A stretch of DNA of 64,000 bases from a virus (lineage: Duplodnaviria > Caudoviricetes): IMG/VR virus record IMGVR_UViG_3300002835_000001, positions 64,001 to 128,000 of that record. One strand, 5' to 3'. The notes below the pieces were generated by a model, which saw nothing but the letters and a program-made list of their open reading frames with translations, had not been told where the DNA came from and searched no databases. A program made the translations under genes and the position numbers. Shown here in pieces: positions 10,457-17,227 of the stretch (positions are counted from its first letter, which is position 1; every line of letters starts with the position of its first letter).

Positions 10457-10759
10457 TTATATAATTGTTTTAGTTGATTTAAACCCTTTTAAATATTCAT
10501 CTTCAACTTGTTTCCACTTTCCTAACGGACACGATCCCTTTTTATCTAAATATGTTTTGGGTGTGTATACTTTACCTTTTAATGGACAACCACATTCTCC
10601 ACATTTTAATGACCATTCTTTATTTTTATTTTTAAAAAATTCTTGTTTAGATGGACATTCTAAACAAATATCAAACCTACTATCTGCTAAGTTTTTTAAT
10701 TCATTAGAGTGTATAAGTGTATTGTACCACGCGATTGAAATTTCTTTGAAATCTATCAT
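10457..10759 (-). CDS. Small Cys-rich putative metal-binding protein
   Basis: CLEC...CGECGCPL..K...CPLGKW pattern (6 Cys), DUF6171-like by recollection. Confidence 0.55.
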   Translation of the reverse strand: MIDFKEISIAWYNTLIHSNELKNLADSRFDICLECPSKQEFFKNKNKEWSLKCGECGCPLKGKVYTPKTYLDKKGSCPLGKWKQVEDEYLKGFKSTKTII

Positions 10760-10760
10760 A

Positions 10761-11333
10761 TTATAAGAGTGTTTTTTTGTAACTACTTTTTTCTTTTATT
10801 GCAACCCAATTAACTAATGTATATCTATTACCATTTTTAACACCAGTTACTCTGTGTTCAATATCTGATAAAAAAACGATAGTGTTACCTATTCCCTTTT
10901 CTACTTTCATTATTGAACCATCGGATAATTTTAATTCTAAATCACCTTCTTCATATTCATCATTTAGTTGTATAACTAAAGAACAATATCTTTCGTGTTG
11001 TGTAACTTCTTTTCCTGTAATATCTTTATGCCAAACAAAAAAATCACCATCTTTATATTCTGTGAATTGAAATTGACTATTTTTGTAATCTAAATCGAAT
11101 CCTTTTATGGTGATATTTTCATCTAATAATTTAGATATTTTTTCTAATATAAATGGAAATTTTTGATAATATGGATAAAACACCACATTTGATTTTCTGG
11201 TATCATAAGTTGGGGAATCATAACCAATAGTTTTTGCTGGATTTAGTATTAAATTTTCTAATGTGAAATTTAGAACTAAATTACATTCTTCTTTTGTTAA
11301 TAAATTTGATATAGATTTATATGTAAACGACAT
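10761..11333 (-). CDS. 2OG-Fe(II) oxygenase (prolyl-4-hydroxylase-like)
   Basis: QFTEYKDGDFFVWHKD (HxD), YEEGDL, HRVTGV, RYTLVNW. Confidence 0.85.
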   Translation of the reverse strand: MSFTYKSISNLLTKEECNLVLNFTLENLILNPAKTIGYDSPTYDTRKSNVVFYPYYQKFPFILEKISKLLDENITIKGFDLDYKNSQFQFTEYKDGDFFVWHKDITGKEVTQHERYCSLVIQLNDEYEEGDLELKLSDGSIMKVEKGIGNTIVFLSDIEHRVTGVKNGNRYTLVNWVAIKEKSSYKKTLL

Positions 11334-11339
11334 AACTTT

Positions 11340-11870
11340 TTATATTAATGATTTTGTTTTTTTTGTTATATAGTTAACCGGCATCCAATGTAGAAAAAAT
11401 TGTAATACTCTTTGGGTTTCGTCGCATTCTAAAGGATTTCTCCAATGAACGTTTTTATCGGCATCAAATAATAATATTCCGTCGCCTATATTTGTGTGAT
11501 GTGAGTATTCTTCACCACCTATTTTAGCAAATAACGGCCATTCTTTGTTTATTGTTGACTCTAAACATATGGACATTGTTACACTTATATCTGTTCTATC
11601 TATATGTTTTGTTAAAAATGCACTATTGAAATACTCTCTGACATATGTGTTTACATTATCTAAATGTTCGATTTCATTATTGAATTCTAATACTTTTGGT
11701 TTTAGAATATCTAAATATTTATCAAAATTATATGAAGGTCTAAACCCAAAGGAAGCATTGGTATCTACTACTTTATCACCAGAAGCGTGATTTATCTTTT
11801 CAATATCAAATTGTTTAGATAAAAATACACATTCCTTCTTTGAAAGAATATTTGGAATGAAGTAAATCAT
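11340..11870 (-). CDS. 2OG-Fe(II) oxygenase-like protein
   Basis: YVREY...LTKHIDR (HxD), SVTMSICL, HWR, QFFLHW. Confidence 0.7.
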   Translation of the reverse strand: MIYFIPNILSKKECVFLSKQFDIEKINHASGDKVVDTNASFGFRPSYNFDKYLDILKPKVLEFNNEIEHLDNVNTYVREYFNSAFLTKHIDRTDISVTMSICLESTINKEWPLFAKIGGEEYSHHTNIGDGILLFDADKNVHWRNPLECDETQRVLQFFLHWMPVNYITKKTKSLI

Positions 11871-11888
11871 AACCTATTATTTTTAGAA

Positions 11889-11978
11889 TTAACTATTTGC
11901 TGTTACAATTAAATTACCAATGGTAGTTAAAGTTGTGTTCAGTACGTTGATTTCTGTGTTTGTTATTATAGTTGCCAT
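11889..11978 (-). CDS. Unannotated 29-aa ORF MATIITNTEINVLNTTLTTIGNLIVTANS
   Basis: Manual translation; fills most of the gap between two co-oriented genes; A-rich leader aaattaaaataatATG like its neighbours. Confidence 0.6.
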   Translation of the reverse strand: MATIITNTEINVLNTTLTTIGNLIVTANS

Positions 11979-12002
11979 ATTATTTTAATTTTTATTATTT
12001 TA

Positions 12003-13502
12003 TTAACTCCAACATATTCCTTGATAACCATTACATGTTGGACCCCATTGAGGACCACTACAATATGGTTCGTTTTTTGGACAAGTCGGACAAGTGCCCC
12101 CCCAACAACATCCCACTGGACAACCAGGTCCATTATGTTCAATCGAAACAAACGATTCATTATTTGTTGATGTGGTCTTAGTTAAAAATAAGTGTGTTCT
12201 TTCTACTGAAATAAACCAACCGGTAAATACTTTTTTAATTTGTGTAACAGATACTACTGTTTTTCTAACAAAATCCATTAACCCATCCGTTGTGTTTAAC
12301 AATAAAACCGCATCTCCAGATACCACATCAAATAAATTTTCAAATTGAACTTCATTATTTCTTTCAATCAAATACGAAGAAACTCCAGTATCCTCCCAAG
12401 TACTATTATCGTCAAAAGTTAATTGATAAAAATATGATAATTTATTAACTCTTTTTAATGCATTAATTTTGTTTGTTGAATATGTTGTACCACTTAGTAA
12501 TGTTTCATACGTTATTCCAAAATTTGCGGTATAGGATGCATTATCTGTACCATTTGGATTTGGTATATCAATTGTTTTAATTAAATCATCAACATTTAAA
12601 TCTAATGCGGTTTTAAATGTGCCGTCAGCCATTTCTACTAAATCAGTATCTAACAGTTTTGGTAACCAGTTACTATTTACAGAAGTTGTATAACTATCTC
12701 TATATTCTGAATTTATCTCATAAGTTTCTGAGTTATATTCTACATCAGTAAAAAATATATTTTCATTTAATTTAGTATATTGTCCTATATGAATTGATTG
12801 TAACGTCGGTGGGTATAATATGTTTAAACTTCTAACTACCTTTATGTGACCTTCGTAACTATTAGTGGTGTTACAGTAGTTTTCCATTAAAAAATATTCA
12901 GATGTAACATTTTCTAAAACCACATCTAATTCTTCTTGTGTTGTTACTTTATAAAATTTAGGATAAACCTCTTTATCATAGCCAGGATACCTTGATTTTA
13001 GAATAAAATTAGGGTGTACACCATTATCTGTTATTGTTGTTATAGTATTAATTAAAGTGTTGTTTTCATCTATGTAAGCAAATTGTGAACCGAACGATTG
13101 GGATTGGATAAGTTTCATAAATTCAACCTTATCTCTACAATAGGTATCATCTACCAACGCAGTTGTATCATATGCACTTCTGATAATTAATGTTTCATCA
13201 TTATCCTCTATAACTGGGATAGTAATCGACAAACCACCGATTGCGTGGTATTCATATGTAACGGAACTTCCTGTGTAGTGTGTTTCTAATGTTTTATGAA
13301 AATATTGAATATCCCCAACGTAATGTATATTTTGGAAATTATTATCAGTAACAAATTGGTATAAATTTGTTAAATCCAAACAATCCACATCATCTTCAAC
13401 TTTGGATGCGTTATCCCAACCAACTGCGGTGTTTATTTCGATGGGTTTTAAATTACCATCCTGATCGTACATAAAGTCCGAACCTATTAATACTGTTCTC
13501 AT
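12003..13502 (-). CDS. Fusion of a circularly permuted ATP-grasp-like domain, a Hint domain and a C-terminal 8-Cys peptide
   Basis: N-terminal GSDFMYDQDGNLKPIEIN, FILKSRY, LMENY; Hint block A LLDTDLVEMADGTFKTALDLNVDD, block F VERTHLFL, block G IEHN; then GPGCPVGCCWGGTC... Confidence 0.7.
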   Translation of the reverse strand: MRTVLIGSDFMYDQDGNLKPIEINTAVGWDNASKVEDDVDCLDLTNLYQFVTDNNFQNIHYVGDIQYFHKTLETHYTGSSVTYEYHAIGGLSITIPVIEDNDETLIIRSAYDTTALVDDTYCRDKVEFMKLIQSQSFGSQFAYIDENNTLINTITTITDNGVHPNFILKSRYPGYDKEVYPKFYKVTTQEELDVVLENVTSEYFLMENYCNTTNSYEGHIKVVRSLNILYPPTLQSIHIGQYTKLNENIFFTDVEYNSETYEINSEYRDSYTTSVNSNWLPKLLDTDLVEMADGTFKTALDLNVDDLIKTIDIPNPNGTDNASYTANFGITYETLLSGTTYSTNKINALKRVNKLSYFYQLTFDDNSTWEDTGVSSYLIERNNEVQFENLFDVVSGDAVLLLNTTDGLMDFVRKTVVSVTQIKKVFTGWFISVERTHLFLTKTTSTNNESFVSIEHNGPGCPVGCCWGGTCPTCPKNEPYCSGPQWGPTCNGYQGICWS

Positions 13503-13520
13503 ATTTTCCTTATTTTATAT

Positions 13521-13528
13521 ATAAATAC
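13521..13528 (-). promoter_or_regulatory. Putative late-promoter motif (AA)GTATTTAT upstream of the ATP-grasp/Hint gene
   Basis: About 19 nt upstream of the ATG at 13502; same motif precedes fibre genes. Confidence 0.5.
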
Positions 13529-13744
13529 TTATTTTTTATCTTTTACCCCAAACTTTATCCATCTATACCAAATCCTTTCATGTAGGTAATATTGAATAGG
13601 TTTGTATACCAATTCAGCCACGCCAAAAGTCACACCAATCTTAATTGAACCGCTTACCCACCACATTATAACAAATCCAATAAGGGTACTTACAATTCTA
13701 TATGAAATGGTTTTGGCTATGTGTCTTTTTCTTTCTACTATCAT
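13529..13744 (-). CDS. DUF2061-like small membrane protein
   Basis: KTISYRIVSTL...ELVYKPIQYYLHERIW pattern; family commonly adjacent to APS kinase. Confidence 0.7.
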   Translation of the reverse strand: MIVERKRHIAKTISYRIVSTLIGFVIMWWVSGSIKIGVTFGVAELVYKPIQYYLHERIWYRWIKFGVKDKK

Positions 13745-14124
13745 TATCCCTTTGTTTGATCATATTTAATTTCACCATCAGGTGTCATGTGACCAGTCCT
13801 AATGGCCGTTCCACTAATCGTCGATATCTCAGCTGGTGGTTCATGGTATATTACATCATAACCAACCCCTCTACCATAATTGATGCTATCAATATCTGGA
13901 ATAATAGATATTTGAATCTTCTGTGAATTTTCTCTAAAGAATGGTTCTTCACTTAGATCCATCATAACTTGCTGTGCTGTCTTGGGGTTATTTTCATCTG
14001 TGGGTACGTTCCGAATTGCAACCCACACATCTTTTCCTTTATCTAATTGTTGGTTAATAAGCCATTCGTGGCCCTTATGCCAATTTTGCCAACGTCCCAC
14101 ATACATTGCGTATTTTTTACTCAT
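13744..14124 (-). CDS. HIGH-superfamily (cytidylyltransferase-like) nucleotidyltransferase
   Basis: VGRWQNWHKGH (HxGH) and ISGTAIR. Confidence 0.75.
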   Translation of the reverse strand: MSKKYAMYVGRWQNWHKGHEWLINQQLDKGKDVWVAIRNVPTDENNPKTAQQVMMDLSEEPFFRENSQKIQISIIPDIDSINYGRGVGYDVIYHEPPAEISTISGTAIRTGHMTPDGEIKYDQTKG

Positions 14125-14555
14125 AATGATAATTTTTTTAACAGTTCATAATATGAATCTGTTTCGTTTTTTATTGTTGTGTCTATATCTATAAAATTTT
14201 CTAATGGTGGTTCATATTCCTCAACGTGGAATTGATTCCTACCCCTATCCTCTGTGGTGTGTACATAAATCTCAACAACCGATGTGCTGAATTTAAACGC
14301 CTCTCTTTGGTCTCTATATGGTGAAACTAGGGATACAATAACATTGTGCCCCTTACTATGCATGAATTGTGCGATGTATTGTGCTCTTTGAATATTTAAT
14401 CTTCTTCCTGTAATGGAATAGTCTTTATTCTTAAAGATGTCTCTTAGGTCATCCCCATCTATGTGGGTAACCTCATCTTTGGGGAAATGTTCCACCAAGT
14501 ATTTTGCCAAGGTTGTTTTTCCTGCTCCGGGTTGTCCTGTTAGCCAATATATCAT
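14121..14555 (-). CDS. cysC: Adenylyl-sulfate (APS) kinase
   Basis: YWLTGQPGAGKTT P-loop, IDGDDLR, GRRLNIQR, VIVSLVSPYRDQR, YEPP. Confidence 0.85.
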   Translation of the reverse strand: MIYWLTGQPGAGKTTLAKYLVEHFPKDEVTHIDGDDLRDIFKNKDYSITGRRLNIQRAQYIAQFMHSKGHNVIVSLVSPYRDQREAFKFSTSVVEIYVHTTEDRGRNQFHVEEYEPPLENFIDIDTTIKNETDSYYELLKKLSL

Positions 14556-14559
14556 ATTA

Positions 14560-14591
14560 CTAATATAGTTAAAATTATTTGAAAAATCAAA
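14560..14591 (-). promoter_or_regulatory. Bacteroidota-type sigma70 promoter candidate TTTG-N20-TATATTAG upstream of cysC
   Basis: One mismatch to TTTG-N19-21-TAnnTTTG. Confidence 0.5.
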
Positions 14592-14705
14592 TTAATGATT
14601 GTAAATAAATGGGTCTCTTTTACGTAATTCTTCTAATTTCTTCTTAAAACGTTTTTTACGTTTATAATCCTCAATTTTTGATTTAATCCATTTAAGTATA
14701 TTCAT
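14592..14705 (-). CDS. Unannotated 37-aa basic ORF (MNILKWIKSKIEDYKRKKRFKKKLEELRKRDPFIYNH)
   Basis: Manual translation; starts 4 nt after the carbamoyltransferase stop. Confidence 0.6.
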   Translation of the reverse strand: MNILKWIKSKIEDYKRKKRFKKKLEELRKRDPFIYNH

Positions 14706-14709
14706 AGTT

Positions 14710-16374
14710 TTATTTATATATTAAATAATTACCAATAACTAATAAATCAATATCGGTATTAAAAAAGGTATACATTGCGTCTTTTGGTGTTAAGACCATA
14801 GTTTTATCTTTAATATTAAAAGACGTATTCAATAATATTGGATAACCAGAACACTTCTCAAACTCCATTAATAAGTCATAAACTAACATATGTTTGTATA
14901 CTGTTTGTATTCTTGCACTTCCGTCTACATGTGTAATTGAAGGTAGTTTATCTTTAAATTCTGGTTTTACCTGAACAATTTGATTCATATAAGGTACATC
15001 ATCAGTAACATCAAAAAAAACATGTTGTTTATCTTTTATAACCATTGGTGCAAATGGTCTAAACTCTTCTCTTTTTTTTACCAATCTATTAATTCTGTCT
15101 TTCATTTCTATTTTAGTTGGGTCAGCTAATATTGACCTATTACCCAATGCCCTTGCCCCAAATTCCATAGAACCTTGAAACCAACCAACTACTTTACCTT
15201 CGTTTAATTTTTTTGCAATATTTCTTACTAATGTTTCCTTAGACATAAATTTATAATACCGATTCCCTTTAATAGCTTCAAGTATTTGGTTCTCGTGAAA
15301 GTATGGGCCAATAAATGGGTTCTTATTAATTCTTTCTTTAAATTTATTGTTATTTATTAAATAATTAATACAAGCTCCTATTGCTGAACCAGCGTCAGAT
15401 GGGGCGGGTGGTATCCACAGATTATTGAAATGGCTATTTCTCACTATCTTACCGTTAGCGGTCCCATTATACGCACAACCCCCTCCTAATGATAAATTTC
15501 GATTATCATTTATCATATAAATCGATTTTAAGACCTCGAAAAGTATTTCCTCATATCTTTTCTGTACTGAGGCTGCTAAGTCTTTATAATGAGGTTCTAT
15601 CCCCCTTTCAGGATCCCTTGGTTCTATCTCCAGTAATTCAATTAACTTCTCATTAAACATTAACTTGTCAGATGTATTCCATGTGAATATGTCCATGTTA
15701 CAAGTTAGTTTACTATTCTTATAGTTAATTAATTTTCTAACTTTATCAATGTAAACATCTGGATTACCATAAGGTGCCAATCCCATTACCTTATATTCTC
15801 CTTCATTTGGCCTAAACCCTAAGAATGATGTCATTGCAGAATAAAATAAACCAATAGAGTGGGGGTATTCCGCCATTGATATTTTACTTATACCTTTTTT
15901 ATCTGCCAACGCCATGGACATTGTTTCATATTCACCAACACCATCTATGGATAAACAAATACCATTATCGAAATTTGAACTATAAAAAGAATAGTAGAGG
16001 TGAGAATCGTGATGGTTAGAATAAAATACCTTGTTACCATATTTTGGTAACAATTTATTTAAATTCCATATATTTTTTTTAATTTTAAAATATGATTTAA
16101 TTGAGTATATTGGATTAGTAAATAATTGACCTTTTATATTATTGATAACCCTCTTTAACTTTAATTTAGGGTTCTCGTAATAACAAATAGCCTCAACCTT
16201 ATCTTTGGTTAGTTTGTATTTTTTGTACACATAGTTTAATGAGTTAATTGGGAAAGAACTATCGTGTTTTATTCCTGTAAATTTTTCTTCTTCACAAGCG
16301 TAAACTAATTGTCCGTTTTTAAATAAACAAACGGATGAATCATGATAATATGCTGATATTCCTATTATATACAT
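14710..16374 (-). CDS. Carbamoyltransferase (NodU/CmcH/TobZ family)
   Basis: GISAYYHDSS, EEKFTGIKH, HHDSH, SIDGVGE, EYKVMGLAPYG, FGARALGNRSILADP, RPFAP, THVDGSARIQT, LLNTSFN. Confidence 0.92.
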   Translation of the reverse strand: MYIIGISAYYHDSSVCLFKNGQLVYACEEEKFTGIKHDSSFPINSLNYVYKKYKLTKDKVEAICYYENPKLKLKRVINNIKGQLFTNPIYSIKSYFKIKKNIWNLNKLLPKYGNKVFYSNHHDSHLYYSFYSSNFDNGICLSIDGVGEYETMSMALADKKGISKISMAEYPHSIGLFYSAMTSFLGFRPNEGEYKVMGLAPYGNPDVYIDKVRKLINYKNSKLTCNMDIFTWNTSDKLMFNEKLIELLEIEPRDPERGIEPHYKDLAASVQKRYEEILFEVLKSIYMINDNRNLSLGGGCAYNGTANGKIVRNSHFNNLWIPPAPSDAGSAIGACINYLINNNKFKERINKNPFIGPYFHENQILEAIKGNRYYKFMSKETLVRNIAKKLNEGKVVGWFQGSMEFGARALGNRSILADPTKIEMKDRINRLVKKREEFRPFAPMVIKDKQHVFFDVTDDVPYMNQIVQVKPEFKDKLPSITHVDGSARIQTVYKHMLVYDLLMEFEKCSGYPILLNTSFNIKDKTMVLTPKDAMYTFFNTDIDLLVIGNYLIYK

Positions 16375-16459
16375 TGTTTTCTATTGTATTTATAATAAAT
16401 AGTATCCTTATTTTTAGTTTCTTTCTACGGGTTTAAAATAACAATATCCTTACTGACAC

Positions 16460-17227
16460 CTATATTAATTTACTTTTTTTTGGTTCTTTATTGATGATTT
16501 CATAAACTTTTTTTGCCCAATATTCGTGAGCGTCTTCACCAAAATGTCCCCTTTTAGAATGTACGGACCATTTAAAATTGGTTTTATTAGTTAAATGTCC
16601 AAAAAAGGCTTGGTCGGTATTGTTAAACCCAATATGTTTTATTTTTTTAGTATCATCATATAACCAAAGATTATTAATGTATGATGAACTTAAAATGTGA
16701 TTTTTATCTACATCTTCTAAACTCAAAAAGGAATGTAACCCATTTAAAAATGTATATTTAATTTTAAAAGTATCTAAAAAAATAGATAAATTATTTACAT
16801 ATATTAAATTTTTTAAATTAGAATATAATATGTCATGAAAATAAACTATTGTATCTTTAAATTTTTGCAATTCCATTTTCATACCTGTTGAAGCGTATTT
16901 TAGATCATACGCTGGATTTATATTACTGACCTGATTAACGTCTGAAAAATATAATTCTTTTCTGTCAAATCCTGACCACATAACAATCACATGTAAATCT
17001 TCTATTTTACGTGATTTATTAATTAATACATTTTCAATTATCCAATCTTGGGTTGTTCTAAAAATGTATTCATTACTTGCACCTCCTACGGCAATATTAA
17101 CATATTCATCTCCAGTCATGTTGGATAAAAATTTACCCCACGATTTTTCATAACAAGATGGTTGATTTGTATATTCTATTTCAGAACCTGCGGTATGACT
17201 ACACCCATTAAATAACATTATCCCCAT
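16460..17227 (-). CDS. SGNH-hydrolase-like protein
   Basis: FNGCSHTAG, NIAVGGASN, VMWSGFDRKE, HFGEDAH. Confidence 0.55.
   Translation of the reverse strand: MGIMLFNGCSHTAGSEIEYTNQPSCYEKSWGKFLSNMTGDEYVNIAVGGASNEYIFRTTQDWIIENVLINKSRKIEDLHVIVMWSGFDRKELYFSDVNQVSNINPAYDLKYASTGMKMELQKFKDTIVYFHDILYSNLKNLIYVNNLSIFLDTFKIKYTFLNGLHSFLSLEDVDKNHILSSSYINNLWLYDDTKKIKHIGFNNTDQAFFGHLTNKTNFKWSVHSKRGHFGEDAHEYWAKKVYEIINKEPKKSKLI

Noticed and set aside
11966-12160. 64-aa alternative-frame ORF overlapping the Cys-rich core
   Set aside because: Overlaps the better-supported 499-aa gene and the 29-aa ORF; no recognisable features
12132-12659. Hint region as a mobile splicing intein
   Set aside because: No N-terminal Cys/Ser, no block-B His, +1 is Gly and there is no homing endonuclease; kept only as a cleavage-type Hint
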